24,000 nucleotides of DNA from Candidatus Calditenuaceae archaeon HR02. Lineage in GTDB: Archaea; Thermoproteota; Nitrososphaeria_A; Caldarchaeales; Calditenuaceae. The notes below the pieces were generated by a model that saw nothing but the letters and a program-made list of their open reading frames with translations, was not told where the DNA came from and did not search any database. The stretch lies in the NCBI GenBank assembly GCA_002898395.1, contig BEHE01000011.1:34668-58667 (forward strand), read 5' to 3'. Every line of letters starts with the position of its first letter. The stretch's first letter is position 1. Below are positions 16,096 to 23,759 of this stretch, piece by piece. The translations under genes were made by a program, and so were the position numbers.

Positions 16096-16779
16096 GTGTC
16101 GAGGTCGAGGGGTGGATGGGGGGGTTTGGAGAGGCACTACCTCTCGTATCCGGTTAGGGTGAGGATGTGTCGAAGGGTGCTGGAGCTCAGGGGAGAGGGT
16201 CTGAGTTATGGGATGATTCTGGAGAGGCTTTACGAGGAGTTCAGGGTGTGGATAAACAAGAGCCTTATCAGCTATTGGTTTAGGGGAATTCATACACCCA
16301 GATGCAGGGTCAATGTAATCAAGAAGGAGGATTATTGGTTTGGGTATGTTGTCGGGAGTGTTTTATCGGATGGCAACAGAAATAGACATACTGGCAACAT
16401 AGGCGTTGAAATATACACCAAGGATCGCGAGTTTACTGAGATGTGTACTAAGGCTCTGAGGAGGATAGGAGTGAGCCCATCGATAAGGTTCAAGGACGGT
16501 CGTTACATAGTGCGCGCAAAGTCAACCGAGCTATACTATCTACTAGATAGTGGCTAGTGGCGGAAATACATAGACTCCGGCACCGAAGCTAGACTGGGAT
16601 TCCTCAGGGGCTTCTTCGACGGTGATGGTGTCTATCGGGGCTACGTTGCTGGCAATATTAGCTGTTCTAGTGGTGTTGAGGCCTAGCATTGGATTGCTGA
16701 CAGCGATTAAGGGCATGACGGCGATGAAATACTTGGCAGTATTGCTGATCCCCAAGTTAGTACAGGTGGCCTAGAATGA
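16096..16779 (+). pseudogene. HTH plus double-motif LAGLIDADG endonuclease-like gene, copy 1 (three in-frame stops, C-terminally truncated)
   Basis: One frame reads an HTH-like LELRGEGLSYGMILERL, then LAGLIDADG motif 1 GYVVGSVLSDGN, a TAG at 16555, motif 2 LRGFFDGDGV (16603-16632), a TAG at 16684, a TAA at 16708, and the final TGA at 16777-16779. That final TGA overlaps the ATG of copy 2 as ATGA. Confidence 0.7.
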
Positions 16780-17611
16780 GTGATAGGAGAGAAGAAATAA
16801 TGGAGAAGAGGAGGAGGTGTCTTCCTAGAGATCTGAGGATAAAGATTTATGAGGATGTCCTGGAACTAGCAAAGAAAGGACTATCATACAGGGAGATAGT
16901 CAATGAGATAGAGAGGAGATAGGGAGTTGTTCTCAATGAATCCCAATGTAGCTACTGGAATAGAAGAATACATTCACCATACAACGGTATAAGGACCCCG
17001 TCGATAGAGTTTCTAAAACCATCAGAGGACTTAGCATATGTTATAAGTGTGGTGGCTGGGGATGGATGTGCTTGGCGGAGAGGTAGGCCACGGCGCGGAT
17101 ACAGGAAATACTGCATTGGATTAGAGGTTAAGGATAGGGAGTTTGACGAGAGTTCGGTAGGAGGATAGCTAAGGTGTTAGGAAGAGAACCGCCGAGACCA
17201 AGGCTAAATAAATATGGTAGATGGGTCGTTGCAGTTCAGTCTAGGACTCTCTATGAATTGCTTAAGAAGCCCGTCGATATCGACAGAATAAGACCATTCG
17301 TTGAACACTGTGAGCGATGTATCTCAATGTTTCTGAGAGGGTTCTTTGATAGCGAGGCATGCGTCTATAAAGACGGCACCATAACCGTGTATAACACCGA
17401 CTATAAACTACTAACATACGTCATATATCTCCTAGAGAAAATTAGTATAGAGACGACCCAGAAAGAGCCGAGGATTAATAAACGAGCTGGCGGACCGTTT
17501 AGAGAGCCAAAGACTGGCAAACTATACAAATCCAGAAGAGACGTCTACTACATCAGGATATGGAGGGGCTTTAATAAGAGGTTTTACGAGAAAGTTGGCT
17601 TTAACCATTGA
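16776..17611 (+). pseudogene. HTH plus double-motif LAGLIDADG endonuclease-like gene, copy 2 (one in-frame TAG and one frameshift)
   Basis: My translation from ATG 16776 gives MSDRREEIMEKRRRCLPRDLRIKIYEDVLELAKKGLSYREIVNEIERR, a TAG at 16920, then GVVLNESQCSYWNRRIHSP...LAYVISVVAGDGCA (motif 1)...VKDREFDE. A frameshift near 17150 leads into the frame of ORF 17174..17611, which carries FLRGFFDSEACV (motif 2). It is collinear with copy 1. Confidence 0.7.
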
Positions 17612-17746
17612 AAGAAAAAGGATAAGGCTAGAAGAATATCTCAGGAGAAGAGGACTAATACCAACCACCTCCCCCCTTCCTCCTACTCCATTTCCCACTT
17701 ACCCATAATCAAACCAACACACCCTCACTAACTAGAAACATAGCCA

Positions 17747-17853
17747 TGGGGCCGGTGGGACTTGAACCCACGGCTTCCGGGTCTCTTCTGTGCCAGCCAC
17801 ACGTGTTGATGGGATCTGGAGCCCGGCGCCCTACCTTGCTAGGCCACGGCCCC
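17747..17853 (-). tRNA. tRNA-Trp (anticodon CCA) with a 33 nt intron at the canonical 37/38 position
   Basis: Hand fold: acceptor GGGGCCG/CGGCCCC-A, D arm GCCU-AGCAAGGUA-GGGC, anticodon stem CCGGG/CCCGG with CUCCAG | intron AUCCCAUCAACACGUGUGGCUGGCACAGAAGAG | A, and T arm GUGGG-UUCAAGU-CCCAC. Exons are 17853-17816 and 17782-17747. The mature length is 74 nt. Confidence 0.88.
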
Positions 17854-17956
17854 GCCGCCTTCTTGAGAGTTGGGAAGCCACAATTAATCCTTTTTCCCGG
17901 CTGAGTGCCTTGCGGGAAACGTTAAAGCATGGTCTTGATGGTGTTTTGTCTGTCCG

Positions 17957-18853
17957 GTGTGGTGCTTCGTGAGGCTGGCTAGGTTTAGGGTTGGTGAGCT
18001 CACGACCTACGGGTTTGTTGAGGGGGACTACATTGTTTCTAGGGAGGAGGTTGAGGAGGCAGCAGGTCTCGCGCTCCCACCCTATTTCTCGGACTTTGTT
18101 GAGAGGCTTATCGTTGAGCAGGATTTTCGAAAACTTGTGCTGGAGGCCTCGAGGAAGTCTCCGCGCGTCTTAAAGCTAAGCCAAGCCAAACTCCTCGCAC
18201 CCACCGATAATAAGCCGAAGATAATATGTATCGGGCTCAACTATAGGGACCATGCTGAGGAGTCAAGGGCTGAGGTTCCCGACGAGCCGATAATCTTCAT
18301 GAAACCACACACGGCCCTGACTGGGCCATACGATCCCATCGAGTACCCCTCTATCGTCACACAGCTCGACTACGAGGCTGAGCTGGCCGTGGTTATTGGG
18401 AGGAAGTGCCGAGGGGTGGAACCAGGCGAGGCGCCCGACTTTATCTGTGGCTATGCCGCCTTCAACGACGTATCGGCCAGGAACCTCCAGTTCAAGGATA
18501 AGCAGTGGACACGTGGAAAATCATTCGATACATTCGCACCCATGGGTCCGTGGATAGTCACGCGCGACGAGATACCTGACCCTCAGAACCTTAGGATAAT
18601 GTCTCGCGTAAACGGGGAGACGAGACAGAACTCGAACACGAGGAACATGATCTTCGGAGTCTACTATCTGGTCTCTTTCATTAGTATGGTTATGACACTT
18701 GAGCCTGGCGACGTCATAGCGACGGGGACTCCTGCAGGGGTCGGGATATTTGCCAAGCCGGAGCCGAAGCTACTCAAGATTAATGACGTGGTCGAGGTGG
18801 AGGTTGAGAGCATAGGAGTGTTAAGGAACACTGTTGTTAAGGGTCGTGTATAA
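17957..18853 (+). CDS. Fumarylacetoacetate hydrolase (FAH) family protein, 2-keto-4-pentenoate hydratase or oxaloacetate decarboxylase-like
   Basis: IICIGLNYRDHAEE, PIIFMKP, DYEAELAVVIGRK, FNDVSARNLQ, WTRGKSFDTFAPMGPWIVT and GDVIATGTPAGVG are all classic FAH-family blocks. The likely start is GTG 17969 (MRLARFRVGE). Confidence 0.9.
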   Translation: MWCFVRLARFRVGELTTYGFVEGDYIVSREEVEEAAGLALPPYFSDFVERLIVEQDFRKLVLEASRKSPRVLKLSQAKLLAPTDNKPKIICIGLNYRDHAEESRAEVPDEPIIFMKPHTALTGPYDPIEYPSIVTQLDYEAELAVVIGRKCRGVEPGEAPDFICGYAAFNDVSARNLQFKDKQWTRGKSFDTFAPMGPWIVTRDEIPDPQNLRIMSRVNGETRQNSNTRNMIFGVYYLVSFISMVMTLEPGDVIATGTPAGVGIFAKPEPKLLKINDVVEVEVESIGVLRNTVVKGRV

Positions 18854-18945
18854 GCCTAGTGCGGCGACAATTTTCCGCTTCATGCATCAATTTCTATACA
18901 TTTGAAGAATAAAAAATCATATTTGATGCAACAACACAAGAGTAA

Positions 18946-20334
18946 GTGGAAAACAGACATGAGAAACTCTTATTATCTCTCATGCACCATGTAGGGTGTG
19001 GTGAGTTATTGGATCAGGTAAAGCTGGGGGAACTGGCTGTAAGATATTCGAGGCTTTATGGGGGTAAGATCGAGGTTCATCCAAAGGTCCCAGTCAGGGG
19101 GCTTCAGGACTTCTCGATCTGGTATACGCCAGGCGTTGCTGAGGTCTGCAGGGCCATTGTGAAGGACAGGGACGAGGTCTTCAACCTGACCAATAGGTGG
19201 AACACGATAGCCGTGTTGACCAATGGGACACGCGTTCTGGGGCTGGGGAACATTGGCCCAGAGGCAGGTCTACCGGTGATGGAGGGGAAGGCGCTGATCT
19301 TCAAGTATCTCGGTGGTGTCGATGCGATCCCCCTTGCCGTGAGGACCGATTCGCCCGAACAGTTCATCCAAGTGGCAAAGATGTTGGAACCCTCCTTCGG
19401 GGGCCTAAACCTCGAGGACATCCAGTCACCCGACTGCTTCTACATACTTGAGAGACTAATGTCGGATCTTGAGATTCCGGTCTGGCATGACGACCAGCTG
19501 GGAACTGCGGCCGCGACTCTTGCAGCCCTCATCAATGCGCTTAAGCTCACGGGCCGCTCGCCGAGGGAGTGCAGAGTAGTCCTACTTGGCGCTGGCGCAG
19601 CGAACATCGCCACCGCAGTCCTCCTCGAGAAGTACTGCTTCGACCCTGGGAAGATGATTCTCGTAGACAGGAATGGGATATTGCACTCTGAGAGGGAGGA
19701 CATGGACTCGCTGATGCTGAAGAATCGCTGGAAGTATGAGATAGCTCTCAAGACGAATAGGGATAGGGTGAAGGGTGGGCTGAGGGAGGCCTTGGTGGGG
19801 GCGGACGTGCTCATAGCTGCGTCGACCCCTGGGCCGGGAATTGTTAAGCCCGAGGATGTGGAGTTGATGGAGAAGGACCCGATAGTCTTCGCCCTCGCAA
19901 ACCCGGTACCCGAGATATGGCCCTGGGAGGCCAAGCGGGCTGGAGCCGCCATAGTCGCGACCGGGAGGAGCGACCTCCCAAACCAAGTGAACAACAGCCT
20001 GATATTCCCCTCAGTCTTCCGAGGAGCCCTCGACTGCAGCGCCCGCCGAATCTCCTATGAGGCAATGATCCGAGGGGCGGAGGAGCTCGCGCGATGCGCA
20101 GAGGAAAAGGGCCTCTCACCCGACTACATTATCCCGACCATGGAGGAGTGGACGGTCTATCCAAGAGTGGCGGCCGCTGTTGCGCAAACCCTGTCTAGGC
20201 AGGGGCTTGCACGCCGAAAGATCAGCTATGAGGAGGAGCTTGAACGGGCTAGTAGGATAATCTCAAGGTCTAGGCGGATTCTCAGCGCACTCGTCGATTC
20301 GAGGATTGTGGAGGTTCCAGCCTCCGAGGTCTAG
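18946..20334 (+). CDS. maeA: NAD(P)-dependent malic enzyme (oxaloacetate-decarboxylating malate dehydrogenase)
   Basis: SIWYTPGVAEVCRAI, VLGLGNIGPEAGLPVMEGKALIFKYLGGVDAIPL, WHDDQLGTAAATLAAL, and the dinucleotide fold VVLLGAGAANIA. Confidence 0.92.
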   Translation: MENRHEKLLLSLMHHVGCGELLDQVKLGELAVRYSRLYGGKIEVHPKVPVRGLQDFSIWYTPGVAEVCRAIVKDRDEVFNLTNRWNTIAVLTNGTRVLGLGNIGPEAGLPVMEGKALIFKYLGGVDAIPLAVRTDSPEQFIQVAKMLEPSFGGLNLEDIQSPDCFYILERLMSDLEIPVWHDDQLGTAAATLAALINALKLTGRSPRECRVVLLGAGAANIATAVLLEKYCFDPGKMILVDRNGILHSEREDMDSLMLKNRWKYEIALKTNRDRVKGGLREALVGADVLIAASTPGPGIVKPEDVELMEKDPIVFALANPVPEIWPWEAKRAGAAIVATGRSDLPNQVNNSLIFPSVFRGALDCSARRISYEAMIRGAEELARCAEEKGLSPDYIIPTMEEWTVYPRVAAAVAQTLSRQGLARRKISYEEELERASRIISRSRRILSALVDSRIVEVPASEV

Positions 20335-20359
20335 CGATAGGACCGGTTAAGGAGATATA

Positions 20360-20806
20360 TTGAGGCTCCGCGATGAATGGCTAGTGGTTAGGGTTAGTCT
20401 TAGCAGGCTTGAGGCAGTCTATCTCGTCGAGCTCCATAAAATGGCTGATGAAGCGCGGACGGGGACTAGCGCGCTCGCTGCCAGGTTTGGTGTGAAGGGG
20501 TCAAGCGTGGTAGATGTGGTTAAGAGGCTTGAGAAGAAGGGGCTAGTCGTTAGGGAGCCGTGGAGGTCGATATCCCTTACTAGGCGGGGGGAGGCGCTTG
20601 CCGAGCAGCTCATACACAACCACCGGGTCATAGAGACCTATTTCCACAGGGTTCTCAACCTCCCAGCCCAGCTCGCATGTAGTGAGGCCCAGAAACTCGA
20701 CAGCCTCCTAAGCTGGAGAACCATAACCTCTATGTGCCGCGCCCTAAACTATCCTACAACATGTATACACGGCGAAAAGATAAAACATTATAGAAGGTGT
20801 AAGTAA
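20360..20806 (+). CDS. DtxR/MntR-family metal-dependent transcriptional repressor
   Basis: EAVYLVELHKMADE...TSALAARFGVKGSSVVDVVKRLEKKGLVVREPWRSISLTRRGEALAEQLIHNHRVIETYFHRVL follows the DtxR winged-HTH plus dimerisation-helix pattern. The start is uncertain, with the annotated TTG at 20360 and an in-frame GTG at 20384. Confidence 0.85.
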   Translation: MRLRDEWLVVRVSLSRLEAVYLVELHKMADEARTGTSALAARFGVKGSSVVDVVKRLEKKGLVVREPWRSISLTRRGEALAEQLIHNHRVIETYFHRVLNLPAQLACSEAQKLDSLLSWRTITSMCRALNYPTTCIHGEKIKHYRRCK

Positions 20807-20812
20807 AATCGG

Positions 20813-21883
20813 CTACTGCACAACCTTTCTGAGGCGCCGAGGCCTGTCCGGGTCAAGCCCCTTCTCCACCGCCGTATAATATGCGAGGAGCTGAAACGGG
20901 ACAACCTCAACCGCGGTCGCCAACACGTGGGATATCCGCGGAAGAGTCACGTCGGCACCTAGCCCCCCGCCCTCGTGGGAGAGCATCATAATCTGCGAGC
21001 CTGATGACAAAGCCTCAGTGGCCACCTTCTCGAAGACGTCTAAGTAGTCGCCGGGCTCCGGCGGCGTTATGAACATGCATGCCACATCACTATCCAATAG
21101 GGAGATAGGGCCGTGTCTGAACTCGCCTATCGAGTAGGCTTCCGCGTGTATTCCGCAGGTCTCCTTCAGCTTGAGTGATGCCTCGAGAGCCGCTATGTAG
21201 GAGGGGCCGTAGCCGAGGATAAACGCGTGCCTGACGCTTGCCAGCTTCTTGGCCTGCCTCTGCATAAGCTCCTCGGAGCGGTCTATTGTCTGTCCTAGGA
21301 GGCCGGGAAGCTTGGATAAGTCCTCTCTAAGCGAATCGGCTACAAGCCTAGCAGGGGCTAGGCCGAAGGCTAGGGAATAGACCGCTGCCAGCTGGGCCAT
21401 GAAGCTCTTGGTGGCCGGAATAGCCCTCTCCACGCCACACTTAACCACGACCACGTAGCGGGCCAGAGACCCAAGCGTGCTGTCTGGAACGCTTGTCAAA
21501 GCTAGGACGTCAACACCTTTCGCCGAAGCGAGCCGAGCTGCTCTAACCGTGTCCACGGATTCGCCCGACTGCGAGATGGCCACTAGGAGGTGGCCCCTTT
21601 GGAGAAAGTTGTGGACGTGCTCGGAGTACTCTGAAGCATGGACGGAGTAGGCCTCAATGCCTGCGATTCTCGAGGCAGCATAGCTTAGACAGAGGCCTGC
21701 ATGGTGTGAGGAACCACTACTACATGTTATGATACGCCTATACCTTGCGCCTATCTCATCCGAAGGGACACCCATCACGCTAAGAGCCTCGAGCGTCTCA
21801 CGGAACGCCGCAGGCCCCTCGCGAATCTCTCGTATCATGTAGTGGCTGGCCGTCAACTCCTCCACACTACCAGGGCCTGGCAC
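20813..21883 (-). CDS. Double-SIS-domain sugar-phosphate isomerase or deaminase (GlmS C-terminal-like, of the GlmD/FrlB/AgaS type)
   Basis: CSSGSSHHAGL and VAISQSGESVDTV are SIS signatures, and there is a second SIS half (FILGYGPSYIAALEASLKLKE). There is no N-terminal glutaminase domain. It starts 20 nt downstream of the enolase-superfamily gene on the same strand. Confidence 0.85.
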   Translation of the reverse strand: MPGPGSVEELTASHYMIREIREGPAAFRETLEALSVMGVPSDEIGARYRRIITCSSGSSHHAGLCLSYAASRIAGIEAYSVHASEYSEHVHNFLQRGHLLVAISQSGESVDTVRAARLASAKGVDVLALTSVPDSTLGSLARYVVVVKCGVERAIPATKSFMAQLAAVYSLAFGLAPARLVADSLREDLSKLPGLLGQTIDRSEELMQRQAKKLASVRHAFILGYGPSYIAALEASLKLKETCGIHAEAYSIGEFRHGPISLLDSDVACMFITPPEPGDYLDVFEKVATEALSSGSQIMMLSHEGGGLGADVTLPRISHVLATAVEVVPFQLLAYYTAVEKGLDPDRPRRLRKVVQ

Positions 21884-21903
21884 GGCCCTTAAATGACTGT
21901 TGC

Positions 21904-23070
21904 TCAGCGCCTCGTCTTCCGGAACTTCTCAACGTCCTCTTCTCTTATTGATATGCCCAGCCCTGGCTTTGTAGGCGGCTCAAACTCCCCGTTGGAGTGT
22001 TTGATCGCGTCCCCTGCTAATGCCTCCCTGAGCGGGTTAGGCCTGAGGTGGAACTCAATGATTGGCGAGTCGATTGTGAGGGCCGTGTGCAGGCTTGCGA
22101 CGAATCCTATCCCACCCGCCGAGTAGTGGGGTATCAGCGGGAGACCGTAGCTCCTCGCAAGTACACCTATCCTCAGCATCTCTGTTATCCCACCATTCCA
22201 GGCAGCGTCTGCCTGGACAATATCGACAGCGTATCTCGAGATAAGCTCCCTGAACTCGTGTACCGTGAAGGCGGTCTCATAGCCGGCTATCGGTACATCA
22301 AGCTGCGCCGCCAGCCTAGCACTTAGTTCGGGATAATCAGTGGATATCGGCTCTTCGAAGAAGATTATTCCCAGCTTCTCCAACTCCCTCCCCATTCTCA
22401 GGGCCTGGTTAAAATCGTAAACATTGTTGGCGTCCACGGCGATTTCGAGACCTCCACCGAACCTCTCATTCAAGGCTTTGAGACGCCTGATGTCCTCCTC
22501 AATGCTGAGGCCGCCGACCTTAATCTTGACAGTCTTGAAACCGCTCCTAACATATCCCTCAACCTCCTCAACCAGCCTTGGAATATCTTTGTCAGGCCTA
22601 TAGTAGCCCCCCGTGATATACCCCTTCATCCTCCTAGAGTTTCCGCCGAGAAGCCTGTGGATCGGTGCCCCGAACTCCTTTCCAGCTAAGTCCCAGAGGG
22701 CGATGTCAACCCCGCTCATCGCTGAGACCACTATCCCCCTCCTCCCAAGCCTGAAAGTGGCCTTGTACATCTTGTCCCATAGATGCCAAATGTTCGTCGA
22801 CTCCTCACCCCTAACTATCCGGCTCAAAACACTGTTGACGGTAACCGCCACGCTCTCAGGCGAACCATAGCCTATCGCCTCGCCAAACCCGACGCCTCCG
22901 TCAGAAGTCTCAACGCGGATGAGGCAAACCTCCATCGGATGCTCAGCCCCACCAACAACCGCCAGCGCGTCCCTCTCATAAAACTCCGTAAACTCCAAGA
23001 CCTCACAGCCTACACTAGCAATCCTCAAGGCAAGGAGAGAAAAGCCCGGGGAAATTAAAACATTTTTCAC
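21904..23070 (-). CDS. Enolase-superfamily enzyme (mandelate racemase/muconate lactonizing enzyme family, probable acid-sugar dehydratase)
   Basis: KxK motif TVKIKVGG, metal ligands in VDANNVYD and FFEEP, QADAAWNGGITE, and the late His in LIPHY (MR-subgroup flavour). The likely start is TTG 23028 (MRIASVGCEV), 23 nt after the TTTTAATTT box at 23052-23060 on the minus strand. Confidence 0.88.
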   Translation of the reverse strand: MKNVLISPGFSLLALRIASVGCEVLEFTEFYERDALAVVGGAEHPMEVCLIRVETSDGGVGFGEAIGYGSPESVAVTVNSVLSRIVRGEESTNIWHLWDKMYKATFRLGRRGIVVSAMSGVDIALWDLAGKEFGAPIHRLLGGNSRRMKGYITGGYYRPDKDIPRLVEEVEGYVRSGFKTVKIKVGGLSIEEDIRRLKALNERFGGGLEIAVDANNVYDFNQALRMGRELEKLGIIFFEEPISTDYPELSARLAAQLDVPIAGYETAFTVHEFRELISRYAVDIVQADAAWNGGITEMLRIGVLARSYGLPLIPHYSAGGIGFVASLHTALTIDSPIIEFHLRPNPLREALAGDAIKHSNGEFEPPTKPGLGISIREEDVEKFRKTRR

Positions 23071-23087
23071 GACTCTACGCTACAGGC

Positions 23088-23609
23088 TTGCGTGTGTTTA
23101 AATCCACGCCCTCATCAAGTCTACTTGTGGAGCTCAAGATCATCGGATACGTCAGGGTTGACGCTGATGATGAATATGTTAGGTCTCATGCAGGCACGGT
23201 GGTGGGTAGCATAGAGATCCTGCCCGAATACGAGGAGGCTCTAAACGGGCTGGAAGAGTACTCACACATATTCATAATATCGATTCTCCACAAGATACCG
23301 CCTGAGGGCAGGACTGTGTTGAAGGTGAGGCCGAGGAGGCTGCTGAGGATTGGGTTCAGGGAGAGGGAGGTGCCCCTTGTCGGCGTGTTTGCGTCAGACT
23401 CGCCTGCGAGGCCGAACCCGATAGGCCTAACACTCGTGAGGCTCCTCAAGCGCGAGGGGAGGGTCCTCAGGGTCGAGGGCCTAGACCTCTTCGACGGTAC
23501 ACCACTCGTCGACATAAAGCCCTACAAACCCGACTACAGGGTCGAGGAATACAACTGCCCAGACTGGGCAAAACTAGACTCCAACCCCCAACCCAACAAG
23601 AAAGACTAG
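23088..23609 (+). CDS. trmO: TsaA/YaeB-family tRNA methyltransferase TrmO-like protein
   Basis: IGYVR...IEILPEYEEALNGLEEYSHIFIISILHK...RPNPIGLTLVRLL...GLDLFDGTPLVDIKPY are TsaA-family hallmarks. The likely leaderless start is GTG 23127, 24 nt after the TTTAAAT box at 23097-23103. Confidence 0.85.
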   Translation: MRVFKSTPSSSLLVELKIIGYVRVDADDEYVRSHAGTVVGSIEILPEYEEALNGLEEYSHIFIISILHKIPPEGRTVLKVRPRRLLRIGFREREVPLVGVFASDSPARPNPIGLTLVRLLKREGRVLRVEGLDLFDGTPLVDIKPYKPDYRVEEYNCPDWAKLDSNPQPNKKD

Positions 23610-23684
23610 GACTCCCCCGCCAACCAGCCGCTCCGAGTTATCCAAAAATACCCCCAGCCCCACCACTCTACGCGGGGGCAGGAC

Positions 23685-23759
23685 GCTCCGGTAGTATAGC
23701 CCGGTCAAGTATGCGGGCCTCTCGAGCCCGAGACCCGGGTTCAAATCCCGGCCGGAGCA
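23685..23759 (+). tRNA. tRNA-Glu (anticodon CUC)
   Basis: Hand fold: acceptor GCUCCGG/CCGGAGC-A, anticodon stem CGGGC/GCCCG with loop CUCUCGA, and T arm CCGGG-UUCAAAU-CCCGG. Length 75 nt with no encoded CCA. Confidence 0.9.

Noticed and set aside
16555-17168. Idea that the in-frame TAG codons in the LAGLIDADG genes reflect stop-codon recoding (for example pyrrolysine or read-through)
   Set aside because: The lesions also include a TAA, a frameshift and a C-terminal truncation. The stops align with ordinary Leu or Tyr-type positions in the paralogue, each a single-base change. No recoding machinery is visible. Pseudogenisation explains everything.
15631-17640. Purine-rich imperfect inverted repeat at the two island edges (15631-15660 against 17611-17640, GATAAGG(G)CT.GAAGA)
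   Set aside because: About 14 of 18 positions match, within low-complexity purine/pyrimidine tracts. That is too weak to call terminal inverted repeats.
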